Of a DNA stretch of 36,756 nucleotides, positions 1 through 12,000 are shown one piece after another. The stretch is taken from contig DASVZD010000036.1 of assembly GCA_036391815.1 (NCBI GenBank), forward strand, positions 1-36,756, written 5' to 3'. Numbering within the stretch: position 1 is the stretch's first letter; each line of letters starts with the position of its first letter. This DNA comes from Rhodocyclaceae bacterium (GTDB lineage Bacteria; Pseudomonadota; Gammaproteobacteria; Burkholderiales; Rhodocyclaceae). The notes beneath the pieces were generated by a model. That model did no database searches and had not been told where the DNA came from. It saw only the letters and a program-made list of their open reading frames with translations. The translations under genes were made by a program, and so were the position numbers.

Positions 1-1
1 G

Positions 2-3000
2 AGAGGCCGCATCCACCCCTGCCGAGACGCGCAGGATGAAACCCTTGGAGCCGGTGAAGTCGAAGTCGCCCTGGGAGTTGGCGCGCCCCGCCGGTATATG
101 GACGTTGATGTCGCCGAGCTTGAGGTCGGTCAGCCGCACCGAGCGCGGATCGAGGTTGGCGTCGAGTTGGGTGACGATGCGCAACTGTCCCGCGGGTTGC
201 TGGCTCGGGTTGTTGAACGACAGCTTGTACGGCAAGGCGGTGGCTGCCGGCACGTAGGCCGAGCCGTCAGCCGCCGCTGCGCCCTGGGGTGCGCGCACGG
301 CGATAACGGCCTGCGAGTCGACGTTCTGCTGGGCCGCCTGCTGCAGGTATTGCGTCAGGTTGAGGCTGGCGGCGGGCAGCGGATTGAACTCCGCGTCGAG
401 CAGGCCGATGTGGCGCAAGTACTCCATTTCGGCTTGGCCGCCGGCGAAGACGTCGAAGTTGAGGAAATGCGTGTCGTGCGTCGCGTTCTGATCGAAGGCG
501 GCCGGATCGGCCATGACGGGCACCGGGACCTCGACCGACTCGCCGTCGGACGTAGTGCGCGTTTCCATGTGGTCGGTCGCCACCTTGGCCGCATTCGGAT
601 CGCCCGCATACTTGGCCGTGTCCCCGTACCATTGCTGGACCTTGGCGAAGAAGCCGAGGAGATCGGCCTGGGTCTGGTAGCTCTCGCCGCTCTTCGACAG
701 CAGGATTCCGGTGGCGAGCGTGGCGTTGAGGCTCAATACCTCGGGGTTCTCGCGGATCGGAGGCGCCTGGTCGACCGGCCGCAGCAGGCCTGCGAGCTCG
801 AGCGCGCCCAGCCAGCCGTTCACCCATTGGCCTTCGTCGGCGGCGAGCACCGCGAGGCTCGACGGCGCCGTGGCATCGGCGAGGATCGCCTGACGCAACT
901 GCTTGGCATGCGCCGTCTGATCGGCGATGAATTCGTCGCGCGTGATGGGCGTCGCCGCGCCTACGATGTTGAACTGGAACGCCTCCGCCAAGGCTTCCTT
1001 CTTGGTGAGGTGCGTTTCGGGATCGGTCGACAGAAACTTCGCCGTCAGTCCCGCGGAGATGTTGTCGAGATCCTGCGGACCGCCGTCGAGCAGGCCCTGT
1101 GCCTTCCACTCGGGATGCAGGGCATACAGCTTGTCGCGCAGACCGGGGAAGTCGTAGGCCATCCATTCGGCCAGCCCCGGGTAGGTCTGGACGTTGAAGG
1201 TCATGCCGACGTAACCGTTCGCCGCCACGTCGAAAGCGTAGCCGGGCGCCAGATCGAAGCCGCTGGTGTTGTCGACGCCGTCGAGCTTGGCCCAGGGAAT
1301 GTCGGTGCGCGACATGCTGGTCGGCGTCTGGCCGTAGGTCTGGGTGTTGCCGGCCGTGTCGGTCGTCACGCCGGCGGGCCTGCCGCCGAGATTGGTGCCG
1401 AAGACGACGTAGGGCAGATTCAGGCCTTCGATCAGATCGGTGTTGTAGCCCATGTTCGACACGCCGTAGTCGAAGCGCACGTAGGGCGTGTCCACATTGG
1501 TGAGGCTCTGCAGCGACACCGAGAAGGTGTCGTTGTCGCCGGGGCCGATGTTGCGCAAGCCGCCGACGCCGATGGTCACGTCGGCTTCGATGCCGCGTTC
1601 GACGAGGTAGCGATTGGCTTCGGTGACGACCTGGCCGTCGGGATTGGCGACGCTGACGTCGTAGAGGCCGTGCGGCAGCTTGCGCATGTCGAAGACGGCA
1701 CGAATGTGGGTGGCGTCGAGGACTTGCCAGCGATCGGGCTCGACCTCATAGATGCCGGGGCGCGAGAGCTTGACCAGCGCGCCCGCCTTGAAGTGGGTGC
1801 CGTAGATGTCGAGCGTGACCCAGCGATGCGCGTCGTCCCCGGTACCGCCCTGATCCGGCGTGACCTGGGTGATCGACAGCGGCGCCAGATCGGCGCGGAT
1901 GGTGACGGGCGTCTCGGCGCCCTGGCGTGCACGCACCAGGACGTAGTAGTCGCCGGCCTGGGTGCTGGGGATCACCGCCTCCTGGTCGGCCGCGACGGGG
2001 TTGCTGTAGGCGGCGTCATAGGCGTAGGCGGTAGGAATGTCGCCGTAGCGGATGTACACCTCGTTGGAGCCGCTCTCGGCCGAGGAGTCGAGCAGCACGC
2101 GCAGGGTTTCGCCGGCGGCGACGCTGAGCTTGTAGAGCCGCGATTGGCCGGCGACCAGCGTCGTAGCGAGGGGGCTGCCCACCGTAAGCACGGGCACATG
2201 CACCTGCATGGCGTCGCCCGATGCCGTCCGGTTATTGGCTTCGCCCGGCGGCAGGTTGAGCCCGGTCGCCGTGTAGCTGATCTTGCCCTCGAAGACATCG
2301 TTATAGAGGTCCGGCCGCACGATGATGCGCCAGTTGCCGTCCTTCACGGGCGGCAGCTTGACCGTCAGGCTGCCGGTATAGCTGCCGTGCGCACCGAGAT
2401 CGCCGATATGGTCGACCTTGCCCAGCAGGACGTCGCCGAGGTCCCAGGCGTTGTCGCTGGAGAGATAGATCGCATCGGTCCAGCGGCCGTAGGCCGGGTT
2501 GATCGAGTCGTTGGTGATGGTGTAGTCGATGCGGATGTCGTCGCCGACATTCGCGCTCGCCGGCAAGGTGGCGCCGGTGACCTTGAGATCGGCCGGCGGC
2601 GGCGTCTGCACGACGATCGGCTGCGCGGCCGTGGTGGCGTTGTTCTGCTCCTTGCCGAACTCGCGCACGCGGCCGTACTCGCCGGTGCCCCAGGTGCGCG
2701 CCGGATCGGTGACGACGAAGACGTAGTACGGCCCTTCGAGGTCGCGCGGCGCCGTGACGGTGAGAGTGCCGCCATAGCTGCCGTTCGCGGCCAGTCCGCC
2801 GTTGTGCTGTATGTAGCCGAGGTAGCGGTCCTGCGAGACGTCGAGGAAGCGGTCCTTGGAGAGATAGACGAGGTCGTACCAGGAACTCTGGTCGCTCGGC
2901 GTGGCGCCGCCCGAGTTGACCACCGTATAGTTCACGGTGAACGCCTGGCCGGCAATCACTGAATCGGCGGCGGTGACCTGCGAGACCTGCAGGTCGGGCG

Positions 3001-6000
3001 GCGTCGCCAGCGTGATCGGCAGCGCGATGGACTTGACGTTGTTGCCCTCGTCCTTGAATTCCTTGACGGAATCGAAGTTCGGGTTGTTGTCCAGCACATC
3101 GAGGCCGTCGCGAACCGTGCTCGACACGTAGCCATAGTAGCTCTTGGTCGTCGACGTGTCGGTCTTGACAATGATATTGAAGTCGCCGCTGATCGACTCG
3201 GGCAGCGTGAACGTCTCCGACTGGGTATAGGACTCGCCCGGCTTCAGGTACTTCGGCTTGTTGTTCTCGTAAAGCGACACGAGCGATACCCGCAACTTGC
3301 CCTCCACCTCCGACCCGCGATCCACCAGCGGGTAGTCGGCGTTGTCGAGCGACGCGTCGCGCGACAGGTAGATGCCGTCGAACCAGGTATTGGTCCGCGT
3401 CTCGCGCGTACCGTAGTTCGTCACCGTCCAGGTCACCGTCACGGTCTCGCCCGAGTGCGGCGTCGGGTCGGAAACCGAGATGTTGTTGACCTGGAGATCG
3501 GGCTCGCGATAGGTGATGTTCAGGTCGCCGCGCGAGACGTTGTTGTCGTTGCGGAAGCCTTCGTACGCGCTTGCCGAATAGAACCCGGCACGGTCCAGGG
3601 TGCCGTCCGAGGTCACGTATTCGCGGGAAATTCTCTTGTTGGGCGATCCGCTCAGCGCCCCGTACGAATGCTCTGAGTCGGTCAGAATGTAGATGTAGTA
3701 CAGACCATCGGTGCCGGGCGGCAGTTTGACCTTGGCCGATGCCGTGTAGCTGGCGCCCGCCCCCAAGCCCTCCGCATTGGAATGCACGACCGCCCCCAGC
3801 GCGGTGGCGCGATCGGGGATGAAGGTCGGATCAGTGCTGATGAAGATGGAGTCTACCCAGCCCCTGGTGCCGGCCCAAACGGCTTCGCCCTGGTTGGTCA
3901 CCGTCCACGTGATCGTCGTGTCTTCGCCGGAGAAGTTCTCGGGCTGCGTCTCGACCGAGGTCACGACGAGGTCGGCAGGGTGAGCGGTGACGATCGAGCC
4001 GGCGTTGCCGGCGTTGTTCGATTCGTCGGTCTCTCGTACATTGCTGTTGGCATCGGTCTTGACCACCAGGTAGGCGCCATGCACCGCCGGGTCGAGGGCC
4101 ACGGTCTGCGTCACCGTGTAGCGCTCGCCATTCGCCATGGTGCGATTCTGTGTGCAGCTGCCGATCAGCCAGTAGAGTTTCGCCTTGCTGAGGTCCGGGT
4201 TGTCGGAGACGTAGTAGCTGTCGGTCCACGCGCCGCTGAAGACGTCGCCACGGTTCTGCACCGTGTAGCTGAAGCTATAGCTGCCGTCGCCGCCGTTCGC
4301 CGTCGCCGGCGCGGTGACCTCGGTCACTGCCAGATCCGGCGGGGTGAGGCCGAGCACGCTGATCGGCCGCGCCTTGTAGTTGTTGTTGTCGGTCTGATGC
4401 GGGTCGTCCGGATTCAGGTTCGTCGCCAGCGTGTCCTCGAGAATGGCGTCGTAGGTGTCGCTCCAGACGGTGATGTAGTAGTTGCCGGAGAGCGTACCGT
4501 CCGGAATGGTGACCTGCATGGTGCCGAGGTAGTCTTCGCCGATGGCGAGATTGCCCGTGTGCGTGACCTGACCGATCATCACGTCGCCCTTGCCGGGGCT
4601 CGGGCGGGTCCTGTCGCGCGTCAGCCAGACGCTGTCCGTCCAGCTGTTGGTGTTCGCCGCGATGCCGCGCGTCGTCGCGCTGCCGAGGTTGGCGACCTTG
4701 TAGCGCACCTCGATGCTGCTGCCGTGGATGGCCTGGTCGGGAGCCACGACGTCGCTGGTCACGAGGTCGGAGAACGGCACCGGATCGACGTAGATGTGGG
4801 CAGCCTTGACGTTGTTCGCCTCGTTCGGATACTCGTCGACGTTGTAGTTGCCGTCGGCGACGACGATCAGATAAGCGTCGCCGCGATAGGTGATCGGGAT
4901 GTCGACCGAGGCCGACTCGTTGGCATAGCTCTCCGTGGGCGCCAGCGCGCTGCCGTTGCCGAACTGGCCGACCAGGCGGTCATCGGCGCTCAAGGTGGCG
5001 TCGAGCGACAGGAAGACCTTGTCCGTCCAACGGCCGCTGGTGGCCGCGGCTCCCTGGTTGATGATGGTGTAGTTGACCGAGGCGCTGCCGCCCGCGATGA
5101 CGTGATCAGGAGCCGTGACGGTGCCGACGCGCAGGTCGGGGCGGTCGTTGAGATTCACCTGGGTCACGTCGGCCGACAGCAGCGCGTTGTTGCTGCGGGC
5201 GGCGCCGTGCTCGTAGACCTGGTTGCCGGAGCCGCCGAGGTTGGCGTTGGTCACCACCTTGATGCGGTAGAGCCCTTCGATCTTCGCCGGCAGTCGCACC
5301 TGCTCGGTCCGGCTGTAGCGGATGCCGGATTCCAGGCCGCGATCGTAGCTGAAGCTGCCAAGCGAGACGGGGCTGCCGACGCCGCTCGCTGGCACCAGCC
5401 AGACGCTATCCACCCAGACGCCGCTGGCCGCGGCTTCGCCTTGGTTGACGACCGTCCACGAGACGTCGATGACCGAACCTTCCTGGGCGCTGGCCGGCAG
5501 CGTCACGCTTTCGACGGCGAGGTCCGGCGACTTGGATAGGGTCACTGGCACGGCGACCGTGCGGTTGGTGTCGTTGTCTGTGAAGATGAATTCGAACGGA
5601 CCGCCGGTCCTGACGTTGACGTAGTAGTCGCCTTCGATGCCGTCAGGCAGCAGCACGTCGGCGCTGCGGGTGTAGCCGTCGCCGACGGCGAGCTGGCCGA
5701 TGTGATCGAAGCTGCCGAGTTGCTTGACGACGTCCTTGCCGTCGGGATTTCGGCTCAGCCAGACGGTGTCGGTCCACTCCGCGCTGTTGGTGATGCCGAT
5801 GCCGTCGTTGATTACGCTCCAGGTCACATGCAGCGGCCGTCCGCTGGCAGCTGCGGCGTCGGCCGTGACGGATTGGACCTGCAGATCGGCGTACGGAATC
5901 GCCATGACGTCGACGTCGTGGGCGACGCGCGCGATGTCGTTCGCCTCGAGGCCGTTCTCGAACACTTCCGACTTGGCGTCCGTGACCACGAACATCTTGT

Positions 6001-9000
6001 AGCGGCCGACGGTTGCGGGCGGCAGCAGCACCTGGACGTTGCGCGTATAGCTGTCCCCGGCGGCCAGCCCACCGTCGTGGCGGTACTCGCCGATCACCCA
6101 GTCGTCGCCGTTGCCGTAGGTATCGTCGCGCGACAGGACGATGCGGTCGGTCCAGCTGCCGGTCCGGCCGGCGCCGGTGCCCTGGTTCATCACCGTCCAG
6201 CTGACGTCGAGCGGCGCCGGGTCGTCGATCACCTGGGTCGGTGCGACGATCGACGTCACGGTCAGGTCGGCATAAGGTGCAAGGTCGACCGAGAGCGCTT
6301 TCGTGCTGCGGTTGTTGGTACGGTCGTGGTCGTTGATGACCTGCCCCGCGTCGGTAACGACGACGATTTCGTAGTCGCCCGAGTAGTCGAGCGGGATCGC
6401 AACGTCCGCGCTGGCGACATAGCTGTCGCCGCTGGCGAGCGGTCCCGAATGCGCGACGTCGGCGACCTTCTTCAGCGTGCCGCCCTTGGACAGGAAAACC
6501 TGGTCAACCCAGTTGGCCGTGGCGGTGCCGCCCTGGTTGGCGATGGTCCATTCGACGTGGACGGTGGTGCCCGACTGCACCAGCGCATCGGCGCGCACGT
6601 CGGTCACGGCAAGGTCGGTGCGCGAGATGCGCACGACGTCGGTCGATGATCCCTGGTTGTTGTCCTCCGCGTTGCGCTCGAAGACAGCGTTGTCGGTGTC
6701 GGTCCGGACCACCCAGCGGAAGTCGCCTTCCCAGAACCAGGTCGGGATCGCGACGTTCACCGTGCGCTGCTGCGTCGCGCCGACATCGAGGTTATCGGTG
6801 TTGAACACGCTGGCGATCTCGTAGAGGCCGCTGGCGCCGCGATCGATGTAGATGCGGTCGCGCCAGGGTGCCACCGCGGCAGCCGCGCCGTTGTTGGCCA
6901 GCGTATACGTGACCGATGCCGTGTCGCCGGGACGCAGCATGGTGCTGCCGGTGACCGCCGAGACGGTGAGATCCGGCGTGGGGGCCAGGCCGACGCGCAT
7001 CGCGACCGGCGTCGCCGTTGCATTGTTCGCCGTCAAGCCCTTTTCGTTGACGCTGCGGTTCGAGTTCGTGTCGACGATGACGTAGAACTGGCCTTGCAGG
7101 TCCCGCGGCAGGGTGATCGTCGCCTTGCCCGTATAGCTCTGGCCGGGCGACAGCAGCCCGGCATGCGTGATCGAGCCGGCAATGACGATATCGTCGCCGC
7201 TCGGCACCGGATCGGTGGACAGAATGACCCTGTCGTTCCATAGCGCCAAGTCGGTGGTCGCGTTGCCGTCGTTGCGGACCACCCACGTGACCAGAACGTT
7301 TTCGCCGCTCATGGCCGCCTCCGGCGCAGTGACCGAAAGTGTGTTCAGGTCGCTGTAGGCTTCCGCCAAATCGATGGCATGCGCGCCGCTGACGTTGTCG
7401 GCGCGCGTGTCGGGTTCGACGACTTCCGCGCCGCTGTCGGTCTTGACCGCCAAGTAGTAGCGTCCGGCACTGCGCATCGGCACGCGTACGGACGTCGTCT
7501 GCGCGTAGGAAGCGCCCTGCGCCAGGCCGCCCGTGTGGCGGACGGTGCCGATCACCACGTCGTCGGCGTTGCCGATCGTGGTGTCAGTGCTGAAGATGAT
7601 CTGGTCGTTCCAATCGCCGGTGGCATCCGCTTGGCCATTGTTGGCGACAGTCCAGCTGACGTTCACGGGCTCGCCGCCGACGCCGGCGACATCGCCACCG
7701 ACGCTCCCCGTCCGCAAGTCGGCATAGCTGCGGCCGGCCGCCGTGCCGGCCACGGAAGCAGTGTTGTTCTTTTCGGCGTCGTTGGTCAGGTTGGTTTCGT
7801 GAAGCACGCTCACGCCACCGGCATTCTGGTCCGCACTCACTGTGATGCCGATGTCTCCCGTGCCGCGCAATCCATCCGGCAGACGGAAGGTGAAGCTGCG
7901 CTGCCGCGATTGCCCCGGAAGGATCGGGCCGTTGTTCTGGAGCGCCGGATCGTAGGGCACGCTGGTGTCGAGCAGGACCGCGTTGCTGCCGAGATTACGC
8001 ACGGTGACGCGATCGTCGAATCCCATGCCCGTCGCGCTCGCGCCCAGGTTCCAGTCTTCCCACTGGATGGTGACGAAACCGCCGGCCTGCAGGTCGGTGG
8101 TGACAAGCTGCAGGTTGCGGATCTGAAGATCGGGGCCGACGTCGCGCAGGGCTTCGACGATGTCGTTGCTCTCGCCGGTGCCGCTTGAATTGGCCTCGGC
8201 GATCTCACCGGCCGCATCTAGCACGACGCGGATGGAGAACCGCCCGGAGGCATCCACGCCCGTGGGCCAGGCGAAGCTCGTGCTGCGCTGGCGAGTTGCG
8301 CCGGCGGCCAGCGCCCCGTCTGTCAGGTCATCGCGCATGGCGACACTGGCCACCAGGGCGTTGGTGCTCAGATTGCGCACTTCGAGGCGCTCGCTCCACG
8401 GCGCCGCCACCGCTACATTGCCGCGGTTCGCCGTGTTCCAAGAGACGCTGACGGTTTCTCCGGGCTGATAGTCGCCCGCGGGAGCGAGCACGAAGTCCTC
8501 GGCGACGAGGTCGGCGTACGGCGCGAGTTCGACCGTCGCCTCGACGGTCATCGCGTTGTTGCCTTCCGCGGTGCCCGTCAGGTTGCTTTCGCGGATCAGG
8601 TTGTCGGCATCGGCCATGATGGTGAACGACAACCGACCAACCGCATTGGAACCGTCTGGCAGCCGGATCGCTGCGCTGCGCGTGCGCGATTCGCCGCTGC
8701 CGATGGCGCCGTCCTGCGCGGCATCGTAGGGAACCGTGATGTTGGCGACGAGCTTGCCGGTGTCGAGGTTGCGCACGATGATGCGGTCGTTCCAGTTGGT
8801 CGCCGTGGCGACCTGTCCGCGGTTCTCCTCCACCCAGCCGATCGTCAGCTGCTGCCCGCTTTGCAGGCCGGCGGCGGGATCGAGCGTGACGTTGTTGATC
8901 GCGAGATCCGGCGCCGGGCGTATCAGCAGGGAGTCCAGCACCACCGGCGGATTGTTCGGCACCTTGACGACGTTGAACGTCAGCGGCGGCATGCTCGCCG

Positions 9001-12000
9001 TGCGGGAGTTGGCGCCCTCGAGGACAAGCGTGTAGGTGCCCGTCTTGCTGAGCGCGGCCGGCTCCTGGTCGTAGCCGTAGAGCTTGTAGCGATAGCGATA
9101 CGTACCCGTGGCGGGGTCCAGCATGTACGACTCGTAGTTGAAATAGCCCGTGTCGGTCGAGCCGAAGATGCGCTGTCCGAGCGGATCCAGCAGACTCCAG
9201 TAGGGCGTCGAATTGGAATCGAAGGAAAGCGACGACAGGACGTCGAAGTAGTAGCGTTCGCCAGCGACGGCGTCGAAGGTGAACAGGCGCGCGCCGTTGA
9301 CCGGCGTCACGCTCGCCGTCACCGGCGTTCCGGGCACGATTGGCGTGGCGCCGGACCGGTCGAGCACGCGGAACGAATACGGGCTCGTGCCGGTCCCCGA
9401 CACTTTGAGGATCAGGCTGTAGTCGCCCGCCGCAAGCGCCATGCCGTAGTCGGTGTTGCTGTACGATGTCATGGCGCGATCGAACACCACGCCGTTTGCG
9501 CCTTCCAACCGCCAATTGACGTTGCTGTTGCTGCCCAGGCTGTCGAAGACGAGGACGCCGTCCTGGTCGAGATGCAGGTTGAAGCGGCGCAGCGTCCCGC
9601 CGGGCACGCTGTCGCTCACCGTTGCGTTCAACGCAACCGTTCCCATGTCCACCGGCTTCACGACGGCGAACGAGTAGCTCTGCGCCGTGGTAACCGAGTT
9701 GCTGCCTTCGATCGAGAGAATGTAACTGCCCGTCTTCGCCAGGGTGATCGCGTTCTGGTCGGTGAGGCTGTAGCCGTTGAATATCTGGTTGCCGTCCGGG
9801 TCGAACAGTCGCCAGGCGCCGCTGATGCTTTGCAGGCCCCGGAAATAGTAAGTTTCTCCAGCCGTGGCATCGAGCCGATAGAGCTTGGTCGCGGATCCGG
9901 GATTCAGCGTGCCGCTGACCGTCGTTCCCGGCGTGACGGATTCCATGCCGGTGCGCGTCTGGATGCGGAACTGGTAGGCCGGGGAATACCAGTAGTAGTT
10001 GCTGTACAGCTTGAGCGTATAGTCACCGGCCGGCAGCATCCGGATCGGGTCGTTTTGGTACAGTGTCTGGGTTCCGAATACCTGGCCGTCCGATCCCGTC
10101 AGCGTCCAGTAGAGGTAGTAGTCGGCGTAGGAGAAAGAACCGGTCTTCAACGCATCGAACACCAACAGAGCGGGCTGGTCGAGGTGAATCGGGTAGGTCG
10201 CGGGAGAGTAGTAGCTCGCGTATCCACTGTAGAGCGTGTCGAGGGCAATCCGGTTGGTGCCGGCCGTGAAGGCGTAATGGATCGTCGACGAGGCGCTCGC
10301 CGAACCGTCGATAACGAGGTAGTAGCGCCCGCTGCCATAGGGAGAAAGGCTGTAGAGTCCGCCGGTAACCGACGCATCACCGCTCAGGATCTGCGATCCG
10401 GATGGACTGTAGAGCCGCCACACGACGCCGCTCGAATCGATGGCGGAGGAGATGAAGCGGAAGACGTCCGTCGCGGACGCGTCGAAGCTGTACACGGCGA
10501 CGCGGCTGGCGGAGTCGAGCGTCCCCTCCGTACGGACGTCCATCGAGATCGACACGGCGGCCGCCGCGAAGTCGAAGAGTCGCAGCGCGAGATCCCGGTT
10601 GCCGGCTGGCGGCAGCATGTTGGCCGCGATCGATAGGGTGTAGCTGCCGGCAGCCGCGATCCGGATCAGGCCACCGTCGGTATGATTGCCGCCGCCCGAG
10701 GCGATCACGCTACCCTGGGCATCCTCGACGTACCAAGTTCCGGCAAATCCGCTCTGCACCTCGAGCCAGAAGAGACCGGGGCCGTCAGTGTCGAAACTGA
10801 AGCGACGTGTGCCATCCTCGTCCAATGCGTCGGCAATACCGGTGGCGATCGTCATCGCAACGGGTGCGCTGGCTGAAACTCCGCCGAAACGGAACTGGAT
10901 ATTGGCGCTGGCGGCCGGCGAATCGGCAGCCGCATCGAGGACAAGGTAGTAATCTCCCGCGGGGAGTCCGCGAACGGCGGCAGGAGTATCGAAGGCGTAC
11001 CCGAGATACCGCTGTGCCCCGTTGGCATCCAATACGGCATAGCGGCCGGTCATGCCGCCGAAGTCGGCGGGGTCGAACACCAGGCTCTGACCTTCGGAAA
11101 TCGTACATTGATAGATCGCGGCGTTTCCAGCCGCGAGCGTGCCGGCAACGTCGCCCGCGGCCGCGGTCACGGAAGCCTGGACGTCCATCACGCGGAAGGA
11201 GACTTCTTCGCCCGAGAAGGGCGTGCCCATGAACCTCAGGACATAGTCCCCGGCGGCGAGCCGGTTGATGCTCGGGGAGTCCGTGTTGCCAGCCAGTACG
11301 AAGGTGCCGGCGTTGTCGAAAACCTGCCAGTCGCTGGCCGAGGAGAGGTTCAGCGCATCGACGTAAATCTGCGTATCGGCCTCCAAGTGCAGACTGAACC
11401 GAGCCGTGCCGTCGTCGGCCAGCGTTCCCGTCACCGGTTCGCCAAGCGCGGGTATGGCGACTGCGGGGGGCGGTGCCGTAACGTCGAGCGTAAAGGAATA
11501 GTCGACAGGCGCCGTGCTCTCGCCCGGATTCGCGGACCACACCAGGTAATACGATCCCGTGTAGGGAAGATCAAGGCAGGCGGAGTTGTTTCCGATGTCG
11601 TCGCCGGCGATGAAATTTCCGGATTCATCGAGCAGTTGCCAGTTTCCCGAGCCGTTGACGGATTCAGGCGCATAGAGGAAGGAGTCGCCGATCTGGCCAC
11701 CGACACGGCGAACGACACAGGTGCCCGGCGCCACCGTCACTGCCGTTTGCCCGCCCAATATGGCGTCTTCGGCCTGGGTAAGGTCGACGACGGTCAGGTC
11801 GTACTCGTAATCCCGGGTGGTCAGGCAGTAGTTGCCGGCATCAAGATAAAGAATGCTGTCGCCGCCCCAGTCGAATCCAGTTTGTGCCCAATAGCCGTCG
11901 GAGACCGGCTCGCCATCGCGGGTCAGCGACCACGGCACCCACCCCTGCGTCCGCGAGATATCGAACAGGAATGGGCGCCCCTCCGTCACCGAGAATGTGT

